This document shows, one piece after another, positions 27,201 through 40,345 of a stretch of 64,000 nucleotides of DNA (positions are counted from its first letter, which is position 1; every line of letters starts with the position of its first letter). Position numbers and translations under genes: made by a program. Source of the stretch: Octopus vulgaris (Eukaryota); NCBI GenBank assembly GCA_951406725.2, contig OX597838.1, positions 42,594,001 through 42,658,000 on the forward strand, given 5' to 3'. Below the pieces are notes generated by a model. The model saw only the letters and a list, made by a program, of their open reading frames with translations, searched no databases and had not been told where the DNA came from.

Positions 27201-28860
27201 TTAGGACAGTGACATTCAGTTACATCTATTGTATGATTCAAAACATAGAGACACAAACAAACACACACACATGGTAGGCTTCTTTCAGTTTCCATCCACC
27301 AAATCCACTCACAATGCTTTAGTCAGCCCAGGACAAGAGCAGAAATGAATTTGAACAAGATGCCATAGAGTAGGACTGAACTCAGAACCACATGGTTGGG
27401 AAACAAACTTCTTAACCCCACAGCAATATCTCCAATAACAAATAACTCCAGTAAAACATTAGAAGCATTTTCAAATATGAAGATATTCTTTCAGTTTGCT
27501 TTCTTCTGAAGAGTAGCAAGTTTGTCTTTTAGCCTGCAACATTTCTCAACAACAAAAGGTCGTTCTTTCCAAGGGCCAAAGGTCGTTCTGCAAGTAATTC
27601 CTGGTTCCTCAATGTGGAGTAGTTCTATATTTTTCAGTTTCGTAAACAAAGGGAATAAGATGATGGTAGGTGGTTAAGCAAGAAGCTCAACCACAATCCC
27701 TGCAACATAGGGGTCGTCTTTTATTGATCAGGAACCTTGGAAGGAATTAATTAAACCATCTGACACCAAACCACTTCAGACTGTCCCCTGGTTCTATGAT
27801 ACAAACTTCATATTTCAAAGTAAAATTCCATGTTAATTTATGATCTAAATACCAGCTTAATTAAGACAGTTATTTTACTAAAATTCTTCATCATTTTAAA
27901 AACTGATTGAAATAAAAACAGTCTCTGTCAACAGGAATATGGTAAGAAAAGGGAGTGTGGAATTGTCCAGCACAAAAGCCTAGTCTTTTGTAAACAGATG
28001 TTGGCAACAAAGAAAAGATATAAACAAAAAAACAACAATATAAAATGAAAATTGAAAAATCATGAATTATGAACCTGGCAGCCAGTGGCTCCGATGATTT
28101 CCTGTTGGATAGATTTTAGGTCTCGTACGGCACGCACCACGCCAGACTTCTCATCTCGATAAATAGTTTTGGGGTTGATCTTATTTTTCAATTTACTTTT
28201 GTCATCACTGAATATCTGGAAGAAGAAAATGACAAGGAAAAATCTAATAAAACAAAAATGATTTAGCAAGAATATTACCATGGCAACGGATTTCTGGAAA
28301 CTTCTACTCAAATTCCTTTCACTAATTAGATATTGTATACTGAAATTATTCCAGCTTGTCACATTGTGTCATTGCAAAGAGCCATGTTTGCTTGTCAGAC
28401 TAAAGCATCTAATTTGGATGAACGAAAGCCAGAGAAATCCTTTGGTGTAACAGCATCACAACTGTCTGCGGAACAAGAGTCTGAGTCCTACATGTGGCTT
28501 TTTGCCTTTGCTTTTTTTTTTCCTGTCCAAGGGATTTTTAATCTTACATTATGAGTGATTATTGGGATACAACATTTATCCAAAGTCATTTACATAAAAG
28601 TCTATCACCCCCCTCACTGTTTTAACTCTTCCATGCTCTCTCTCTCTCTCTCTCTCATCGGCCCAACAGAATTTGTTGAGAAAAATTCTCTGCAACAGGA
28701 TTCCCTTTCTGTCTTCAACCCTCATTTGTTCAGCAAAAAAGTTATTTTCTCTTTGGACAGATTTGTTTTCTTGCAAGACAGGAAATGACACTGCTTATAT
28801 GACAGTGATACTCGTCTACAACTGCTACACAATGTTAAAACATGGAAACACAAACATACA

Positions 28861-28895
<35 letters not shown>

Positions 28896-30133
28896 AAACA
28901 GATAAAGGTTGTCAAGAGGAATGTACTGCAGGCGTAACAATGTGTGGAAACAATTGTAGCAATATGGAATAAAGAATGTTGTTCAATCCGTGTTCTCCAA
29001 TTCATCTCTTTGTATAATCTTTATTTACATATATAAACATCATCATCAACAACATGATTATAGTGTCACTTTTCCATGCTTGCATGGGTTGGACAGGAGT
29101 TTATTGAGACAGATTTTTTACAGTTGGATGCCTTCCTGTTGCCAACCATTATCCGTTTCCAAGTCAGGTAATATTTCTTCATGGCCAGACACATTTTTGT
29201 AGAATAGTGGAGATGAATGACACCGCTAGTATAACAGTGACACTCACTTCCATCCATCATGCAATATCAAGACAAAGAGATAGAAACATAGACTCATAGA
29301 CACACACAAATAAGACAAAGTGGTGCCACCTGGGTATCAAATATTTCTCTGTTTATATTTAATATATTTACGTTTAAATCGTTGGGAAATGAAGGGCAAT
29401 AACTCTGGACTAACAAATGCCATGTTTGAGTAGACGAGAAAAGGTTGGTGTTTAGCTTCAAATATCACTTTTCTTTCAACGCTGAATATATTGAAAGCAG
29501 GCAATGAAAGGTAAATTAGAAAACTAATGAAGATTACGTTCAACAGAACATTGACCAAAGAAACATTGCAGTAAATGCAAAAAGGAACACTTTATTCTTT
29601 GAGATAAATCCTAACAGACAGCAAGGTTTATAAATCCATCGTTTGAAGCTTCGGAGGTTCCCAGAAGAGTTCAAACATTTGTTTGACAGTAACAAAAACT
29701 CTTGTTACACCAACGTCCATTGTCGACCCCCACCCCACTCCCCTTGTAATGCCATTTGATCATTACACAAACCTGCCGCCTTGTAGAATGGCCAGGACAT
29801 CTGGGCAATGTCCGAGGGGATCCCTATCAACAGCCACATCATCTTGTCTCTTTTCTAGCTTGTGACCAATATTCCTCGCCAACAAAGCATGATTTAGAGA
29901 CCAATCCAAATTCATTGGACTCCAGTTGGGGCTGATCCAAACAAGGAGACTCAATAAAAACTCGAAAATGGATTTGCTGAGCCAGGCAGAGTTGAGAAGC
30001 TTGCTTCCCAACCATGGGATTTTGAGTTCAGTCCCATTACAAGGCACTTTCAGCAAGTGCCTTCTACTACAGCTCCAGCATGACCAAAGCCTTGTGAGTG
30101 GATTTGACAAACAATTACTAAAAGAAGGCCATC

Positions 30134-30191
<58 letters not shown>

Positions 30192-31376
30192 CCTCTTCTT
30201 GTTGTGTGATGATCGTAAACAACTGTCCCCGTCATGCAAGGGATGTTCGTTTCCAGTCTTCCAAGAAAAACATGTCTGACTAAGGGGAAATATTACTTTG
30301 CTTAGAAACATGTGAGGGTTGTTGACAGGAAGAGCATCCAGCCATAGAAAACCTGCCTCAACAAATTCCATCTGATCCATGCAAGCATGGAAAAGTGGAT
30401 GTTAAAATCATGATAACATCAGGTCTATATTTGAGCTGATGTACGACCTCAGCACAACACAAAGTCCGCAACTATTTACTGAGATACCAATTTACATACA
30501 CAAGCTTAATAGTGACAAAGTTAGTTTGGTAAAGTTTTCATTATTTTCAAAATTAATTTAAACAAACACTCGTGTATTTCAACAGAAATTTGATCATGAA
30601 GGAATTAAATTGAAATCCAGTTTTTAAGCGGAATTCTTGATTATAAAAATCTTATTTTTATGAATCAACAATAGCTAACAAGAAGTGCAAATTTCAAATG
30701 AGCCAAGCAGCCATGGCTGGAGAGGATATGAAGAATATTGGATGATATACAGAGTTGAGATATATATATATAGAAGTGACACAGGTGTAATATTTGATGG
30801 GAAAGAGATGGAACTCGTGTGTGTTTGTAGTAGAAGATACCTTTGATGGGGGAGGCTAAGAGGAGAAGACATGGAGAGAAATGGTGAAGATCTTGACATG
30901 TTTGGCCTCATACCAAATAGCCTCCAACACTTCCATATCCTCAAAACCACACAGACACATTTATTTCAGTTGGCAACAGAAACGCAAATTGAAGTCTCCC
31001 TTAATAAGAAATTAATGTTTATTGACAACAGAATTAACTAAATTTATCCTTTTAAAAAAATAATAAAATGTGAAAAAAACTTGTATATCGCTCAACCCAT
31101 GCCAAAGTTGTTTCGCCCGAATGGTCAAGCACACACACAATCCAACAATTACAATAATAGAGACGTCCGTCAATCCAACCCATCACTTGTTTAGACATAC
31201 CAATTAAGCAATCAAATTAATTATAGTGCAAACTAATTAGCGGTGTCTGTTCATCCACACTGACACCAAACACCTCAAACACAAAACGGAAAAGTAAAAG
31301 CAGATCTGTTGAACTTTGGCCTACAAAATCTATGGCATCTTCTAACCTATACTGACAAAGGCACTGGAACATGAAA

Positions 31377-31413
<37 letters not shown>

Positions 31414-33284
31414 GCCTCTTTCAGTTGCAGTCTATCAAATCTTCTCATGAGGCTTTGGTTGGCTCAGGAATAAAGGAGAAGACTTCTGCTCAAGGTGCCA
31501 CGCAGTAGGATCGAACTTAAAGGCAATGGTTGGGAAGCAAACTTCTTAACCACACAGCCATGTCTCCGCCCATATTCAAGATAAAAATACATCCTGTACG
31601 TTTGAATTGTTTCCAAGGCTGTTTGTGTGAGAGAGAGAGAGAGGTTGGGTGGAGGTGGAGGAGGAGGAGAATGAGATTCGAGTGGTGGCCTACCTTTAGC
31701 CTGATGTTGGCAGGTGATTCAGTATTGTCATGGAGCCAGCGCAAACTTGAATAGTGGTCGCCATTATGGTAAGCAATGTGAAGCTGTGCTGCTGTGACAT
31801 CTTTAGAACCTTGTATCTGGAAATTTAAACAAGTTTACACATTATGTAGATATGTACAAACATACACTATTCAAATATACATATATATATATATATACAC
31901 ACACACACGATGTGTAAGAATACAGACAGATTTAGTGTTCAGACCAGATCAAATATTTAAAATCTAACATCAAACGATGGCAGATGGGATCCAAGCAGAC
32001 AAGAATTGGTTGTATGTAATGTAGTGGTCAAGTTGATAAAATTGTAACTAAATAAACGACGGACAGGAGGTCGTTAAATCAAAGCGTTTATAAATTAGTT
32101 ATACACAACTGACCATAAATTAAATTAAGCAGAGAAAATTAGGAAGCAAAAGTTCACATCCTTCATAGATAAGTAGATATCCAGAAACTTAATACTTTAC
32201 AGCTGTTTCTGGGATGTGGTGACCAGTAAGTGCAACAATGTGTATTGTGTGTACATATATATGAAATAAATTGGTGTTAGTGAATATATTTTCTTTATTA
32301 CTTTTGAAATTAATTGAAATAAAGTGTATTTCAATAAATTCGGTTAATGAGCAAATGGCCAGGTTGACAAATTTTAATACAGTCAACATATTGTAATATT
32401 AGAACGCTCAAACCTTGTCTCACTTCTGCCTGGCCAATAACAAGTTGTACATAATCTTGTATCATGTATTTTGTTAGATTTTGTTTTGTTTTGTTTTTTT
32501 TTTTTTGCAGTGACCCGTTACATGCAAAGGGTGAGGACAAGAACTTTCACCTTAAAAAATACAGGTCCAAGAATTTCTGATAAAAAAATGTAACTAAAAC
32601 TTACTAGCAAAAAAGGAGAATTTAACTGATGAATGACTATATGTACTTGATGAAGGCGGCCAAAAGCAGCAATCGCATCGTTACCCGCATAGGTCCCAGG
32701 TTTTTTCAGATTGTACACTGTAAAGGAAAGAGAAATAGAGAAATAACAACAACAACAATAACAATAATCCTTTCTACTATAAGCACAAGGCTCAAAATTT
32801 GGGGGAAAGGGGCTAGTTGATAATAGCAAGCCCAGTGCTTGATATTTTATTGACCCCGAAAGGATGAAAGGCAAAGATGACTTCACCAGAATTTGAACTC
32901 AGTACATAAAGATGGATGACATGCCACTAAGCATTTTGTCTGGCAAGCTAAACATTTTGCCAGTTCGATGCCTTATCAATAATAATAATAACAACAACAA
33001 TAATAATAATAATAAAAAACATTCAGACAAATACATAACAAAAACACCAGGACATAGAAGTATTTATAACATAGAGAAAATAGCCCTACTAGGCACTGCA
33101 CACCTCCTACGTGAAACACTTTCAATATGATGGAAACAAGAGCACCACAACAAACCACAGCCCATACCTGAGGCACACAGAGCTGTGCTCGGTGGTGCAA
33201 GGAAAGCACGAGATAAAAATAAAACTACTGAATAACAATAATTATTATTATTATTATTTTCCAATTGATTTGCATTTTATTTCA

Positions 33285-33315
<31 letters not shown>

Positions 33316-33590
33316 GGTGGTGGTGGTGGTGGTGGTGGTGGTTGTAGTAGTAGTAGTAGTAGTTGTTGTTGTTGTTGTTGTCGTCGTCATCCTATCTGCT
33401 TCAGGCATAAGTATTTGAATGGTTCTTATTTTACTGACTCCAAAAGAATGGAAAGCAAAATTATTTCAACAAATTTGGAATCAGAGTGTGAAGAACTGCA
33501 ACAAATATTGCAAAATATCTTTTGCAACATTCTAAAGATTTTGTCAGTTCACTAACCCAATGATAATAATAATTCCATGTGTGTGTGTGT

Positions 33591-33655
<65 letters not shown>

Positions 33656-34827
33656 CCACACACTGACAGAAATATATGTACTTGTGCGGCATAGGCCACA
33701 TTAAATATGGACCTATTAAATATAAGAAATTTCTTGATGACTCTGTGCTAGCAAAAACTATAAAAAGACACAGAACACTGTTCCAGTATGACTCATCTAA
33801 CTCATGCTAGCAGGGGAAAAGCAGACATGAAAACAATGATGACAATGTCTTGGAATTGCTTTGTGGTTTGGGACCCATTAAGAGGAGCTGATAGGTTTAT
33901 CCAGCAGGTAAATCTAAATCTCTCCAGAATCAAAGAAAATGAATTAGTTTAAATAATTATGGAAGCAGTTCTCAGTGACAGAGCATGTCTCAGAATTTGC
34001 CAAACTGTGAGCCTTAGAAATTCACTGGAACCTATCTGTCTCCATAGAGGGCACTGACAGAAAGTCTGTCTGAAGGAACCTACGACTTTCTCAAGTCATA
34101 CACTTGATGGGATCCAAGTTCAACATAAGTCCAAGCAACACTTAATTATACAGTGCTCCCACTGTTTACAGCAATAACATTTAAAACCATGTTGTGAACG
34201 ATAATGTGTAGTGAACCAATTTTAGAGTTAAATGCCTGGACCACCAACACGAAACACAGCAATGAGACATGCTGTTATTTTAGAACCATGCTTATTAAGT
34301 CTGACACAGGAGATGATTAGAGAAGAGGGTCGTGGTCAGAGAGGCTCAATGAAAATAACTTACAATAATGTTCAAACTGTATGTTGTCTTCGACGAATGG
34401 TGCAAAGTCTTTCTTGTTTTTTAACATGTATTCAACAACTTTTAACCGATGACAATAATGGTTGCGGCCGTGTCCCTCGAGTTGGTCACCAAGAGCACGG
34501 AACAAACAGTTTCTGCAACAACAAGGAAAGAGATATACATATATATATATATATATAGTACACAAACACACGTATATAATTATATAGGCATACACGCATA
34601 GAAAGACAAATAGAAGAAATTCATAAATCACAAATATAAACAGTTGCAAAAATAATTTTTAAAACAATCTACAGCCATGGCTGAGTGGTAAGAAGTTTGC
34701 TTCCCAACCACATGGTTCCAGGTTCAGTCCCACTGCATGGCACTTTTAGTGAATGTCTCCTATTATAGACCCAGGCCAACCAAAACCTTGTGAGTGAATT
34801 TGGTAGACAGAAACTGAAAGAAGCCTC

Positions 34828-34859
<32 letters not shown>

Positions 34860-35548
34860 CTTATTTCCAGTCACTGGTGTCTGTTTGTTTATGTCCCCAA
34901 AACATAATAGTTCAGCAAAAAGAGAAGGAGAGCATAAATACTACACTTAAAAAGATAAGCACTGAAGTCAATTTGTTTAAATGAACCTTTCAATGTGGTG
35001 CCCCAGCATGGCCACAGTCCAATGACTGAAACAGGTAAGAAGTAATGAATACAAACACACATCACACACGCACACATAAACTAATGCACACAAACATTTG
35101 TTCATACAATCACACATACACACACATCACATATACATAGACATACACACACACCACATATACAGACATACACACACAGACACACACATCACATATACAT
35201 AGCTTTACACACACACACATGCATTGGGATGAACACTGGCAATTGTGTTTTGTTTGTGCTTTCTCAACGTTACCTTCCTAATGGTAACCAGTGGAATGTG
35301 AACGAGGAGAGGAACCTGTTTGTCAGTCAGATGGACTGACATAATCAGAGTTATGTCCCTTGTCTAAACAGTCATTTGTCTAAAAGAGTTAAATAAATAT
35401 TGATTCCTCTCGGCTCGTGTCACATTTCCTCTCGTAACTTCCACCGGAATCTTCCTGCCTGGCTTTGCTGATCCAGCAAGATTAACTGACAGCTTCCCAG
35501 TTGATTATTGACAATGATTTATTGATTGATCAGTGGAATTTAGCAATA

Positions 35549-35589
<41 letters not shown>

Positions 35590-38500
35590 GATCAATAAAG
35601 CTAGCATTTGGTATATTTAGGATGTAATACAAGTGAAGGAAGGTGGGAGACTGGGAGAGGAGGACAGAGAGGGAAGAGGGAAAGGGTGGAAGAAGGGGAA
35701 GGGGTAGAGAAGTGAACATGAGAAAAGTTGACAGACAGACAGAGATCGGTTGACATGAGAAGTCGTCAAAACTATCTGATCAATAATATTTCATCAATCA
35801 CACAATGGAACCTGCATCTCTCTCGCTCCCCACCCCCCAATGTACACTGGTTACAATTTTCTGCCTCATTCCCTACAAAAACAAGAAACACTTCTGTTAT
35901 AATAAATAGGTGTCTTTAGACCCCAACACAAACTGATGTCAATAAGGGAGTGACTAAATTGTTATTTAAGTTGTAGGATATAGCAGCCAATTGACCCTCA
36001 ATTAATTAGATCTTTTTTCAAATCTTACATTACTGGGCCTCCTTTCTGAAGCCAGTAGAAAGAACTGTTGTAGTAGCAGTGGTGGTGGTGGTGGTGGTGG
36101 TGGTGGTGGTAGCAGCAGCAGTTGCTGGTGGTGACAGTGAGAATCCCCAGCTGACTGCTTGAGTCAGCAAGTTTCTACTCTGGACCAACCAAATAACTCA
36201 GCACAATGGATGACTCTACAATTAGAAAATTACTATTTTTAAATCCCACAACGAGAGATATTCAGCAACGGTACTTTGTAGTAAAGATTGTTTGCCAACA
36301 TAACATGGCAGCCCTGGTTTAGGATGAATGTTACTGTAATTTAGCCCCAGGAGACATTGTCTCCAGCTGGCTGAACAGCACAATCTGTGTCCTTATATAA
36401 GTCCTAAACCAGGACTGCCATGTTATGTTGGCAAACAATCTTTCCTATGACTATACAATTGTCAGACAGTCAGCCTATTCGGTTAACCTTTCCCATACTA
36501 ATTAATTGTCCCTCGTTCTAGGATACAAACTTTCAGTTCCAAAGGGATCTGCATTAAAATTTTCCCCAAAAAAGATTCAAGTAATTTACATTCCAATCAC
36601 CTGTTTAATTCTGACAAAATTATTTTAGTAAATCCTTCATTATTTTGAAAAATTAACTGAAATAAATGCTCAGGAATTTCAACAGAAATATGGTCAGGAA
36701 GGAGTTGAACTGAAATCCAGATTGTTCTTATGTTTATTAGTCTGCAGAAGCAAACAAGAAGAGCAAATTGGAAATGAGGTGAGCAATGCTTGGAGAGGAT
36801 ATGAAGAATATTAGAAGATGTATAGAGGTGAGACAGGTGTATATTTGATGGGGGAGATTAAGAGGAGAAAACATGGAGAGAAATGGTAAGGATCTTGACA
36901 TGTTTGGTCTCACAGATGAGATAATTCAGGACTGAGATGAACTGGTGACTTGCTGTAAGAGAGAACCTACCTGATGCATGGCAGCACAGCAAAATGGACA
37001 TTTGAACTGAGAACATAAGGACAGGTGAAATGCATTTTACCTGCTGTCCAAACAATTCTGCCAGCTCAGCACTTTAATAGAAAAGATGGACTCTTCCATC
37101 GCAGACGACAAGCTGAGGGTTCAACTCTTGCCAGGCGACCTGCACAAATCTGTTTATGGTAATTGAATGTAAGGCACTGTAACACTGTCTCACCCGACTC
37201 CATCAAATCAACATTACCTGAACAGGTGCACGATGTACCATGCAACAGGTGTTGAAGTAATCACAGAGCAATGTGAGATGAAGTAATTTGCTCAAGAACA
37301 CAACACCCCAACACCCACCCACCCAGTCTAGGAAGTGAAATCACAATCGCTAAATCACAAGTACAACACCCTAAGCACTAAGCCATAATAATAATAATAA
37401 TAATAACACCATGTCGCGCACATATGGGTGTGATGCATGAGCCTGGTGTGCCCTTATCAGACGGGTAGTCATGATGGGTATATTGGGCTTCGTATATTTT
37501 ACCCCAGTGTCACTTTGATGGCATGAACTGCTCTCTCACTCAATAATAATAATAATAATAATCCTTTCAGGCACAAGGTTTGAAATTGTGGAGAGGGGGC
37601 TAATTGATTCCATCAACCCCAGTGTTTCATTGGTACTTAATTTATCGACCCCGAAATGAGGAGAGGCATAGTCAACCACAGAGCAATTTGAACTTAGAAC
37701 ATAGCGATGGGCATAATATCGCTAAGCAATTTGTCTGCCTTGCTAACGATTCTACCAGCTCACCACCTTAATAATAATAATGTCGGACTATCAACAATTA
37801 TAAAAGCAAAATAATGAAAACAAGCCCTAACACCAAATGCAGAATGAGCAACCAGCACCATGAGACAACTGACCACATCATCTCGGGCAGTCCAGTCCTT
37901 GCCAAGTCTGAATGTTTATACAGAGACGACCAAGTAAGTAGATATATCCACTGAACAACATGCCGACACTACAACATAAAAACGGACAATAAATGGTATA
38001 AACTTGTGCCAAACAAGGTACAAGACAACAACTATGCCATAATCATCTGGCATCTACCTATTTGAACCGACAAAGAAATAAAAACTAATAATAAGGATTG
38101 GAAAAACAACACCTGCTTACTGACAGACATTGCAGTCCGTTCTGACCAAAATATTGTCCAAAAGGAAGTGGGGAAATTGTCAAATTGCCAAAGTACAAAA
38201 TCCTTGAAATTAAAGAATTCAAGATGTACAGCATGAAGATGAAAACAATACAGTAATAATTGGAGCATTCGGCATGATAAAAAGACATAGGAACAAAAAC
38301 ATTGAAGCTATACCTGGATCCTCAACACTACATGCTATTCAGAAAATAGCCCTGCTAGGAACTGCCCACATCCTAGGCAAGACACTACCAATTCAATAAT
38401 ACAACCCAAACAAAACAAACCACAAAAACAAGACACACTATACAGCAAATATCCAATGCAATAAACTGCCACCAGCAGGCTAGACAACTAATGCATTACA

Positions 38501-38692
38501 TACTCAACACACAATACAAACATGAATTCAACAAAAGGCTGCACCACATCTCAAAAAAAAAAAAAAAACAACAAAAGAAACTAACGCAATAAAATACCAG
38601 GTAGAGTTTGCACATTCCCAACAACAAAAAGAACACACAATGCTGCACAAAGGTGCAGCAGAAATTTGCTTGAAACTAGCTAATGTTGAATG

Positions 38693-38748
<56 letters not shown>

Positions 38749-40006
38749 CATATTCTGGTATGTAAAGCTGAAAATACCAATTTTGTAAGAAGTACACAGT
38801 TGGCAGCAATACTGAGAAGAGCAGTTGCTGAGGAAAGTGTTGTATCTCCAAGCTGCAGGAAGAAGGAGAAGAGATGTGACAGAGATAAGCCAAGAAAAGA
38901 ATGATGACAATAATGATGATGATGATAAAGGATCAAAGAGAAAGAAGAAGAGAAATTGAACAACTATGATGATTTGAAGTGGGAAATAGGAAGGTTGAGG
39001 TCAACGAGGAGAGTAGACATGATACCAGTAGTAATTGGTGCAGTTGGAAGTATCAGCACTCAACTATCAGTATGACTGAAAAAGATTGGTACAAGTTTGA
39101 AGGTAGAACACCTAGAAAAATAAGCATTGCTTGGAACTGCAAGAATTCTTGGCAGGGTTCTTGAAGCATGTCTAGTAAACAAGTGTCACCTTAGTCTGCC
39201 GGCTGTGGACAGCTGACACTTTCCATCATATCCACCAAAATAAGCTGAGAGTCTTCATCACATAATAATAATGATAATAAATTCTTTCTGAAAAAGGCAC
39301 AAGGTCTGAAACTTGGGGGACGGGGATAATCAACCCCAGTATTTGACTGGTACTTATTTTATCAACCCCGAAAAGATGAAAGGCAAAGTGCTCTTGGCAG
39401 AATTTGAACTCAGAATTCAATGCTGGAAGAAATGCTGCCAAGCTTTTTGTCCAGCATGCTAATGATTCTGCCAGCTCCCTGTCTTTAAATGTTTCACGTT
39501 TTGGCACAAGGCCAGCAGTTTTGGGAACAGAGAATTAGTTGATTTCATTGATCCCTGTACATTGATCCCTGCTATTTTAATTTATTGACTCCAGAAGGAT
39601 GAAAGGCAAAATGAATTCTGATAAGATTTGGGTCAAAACATAAAGAACCAGAAGAATTTTGTTTGACGCCCCCCCCCCCCCCAGCTCACCACCTTAAGAT
39701 GTGACAGAGATAAGCCAAGAAAAGAATGATGACAATAATGATGATGATGGAGTGGAATGATGATGATGACAATAATAATGATGAAAAGGGTGGAGAAGAA
39801 GAGATGAGGAGACCAGAAGAGTGGTAGGAAACAAAGCTGGTTGGAGAGATCAAGTTGTGACATTATGTGCCTCGTGGCACACACAGACAACTGACTGACT
39901 GACCATAAATAACACACTTAGTGAAATGTCAAACTTACTCTTACTTGAAGTCTCTTTCTGAGACTTGGAACAGCTTAGATACAATAAAGCAACAACACTG
40001 TAGATG

Positions 40007-40039
<33 letters not shown>

Positions 40040-40314
40040 GTAATAATAATAATAATGATGATGATAATAGTAATAATGGTAATAATAATAATGGTAATAA
40101 TAATAATAATAATTTCATTTCTTTGCCACAAGGGTGAAGGATGAGGGGGACAATACAGAGATAGAGTTAAAGTGTGTGTGTGTGTGGGGGGGTTACATAT
40201 AATAATGAAATGGTAAAAAAAACTTTTTTTAAAGTTTACACTGGAAAAGGGACATAGGCATAGAAAGGTAAAAAAACAAAAAAAGATTTTTTTTATATCA
40301 TTGCTGTCAACACC

Positions 40315-40345
<31 letters not shown>

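Noticed and set aside
32191-32230. GAAACAGCTGTA half-hammerhead on the minus strand
   Set aside because: No CTGANGA core upstream.
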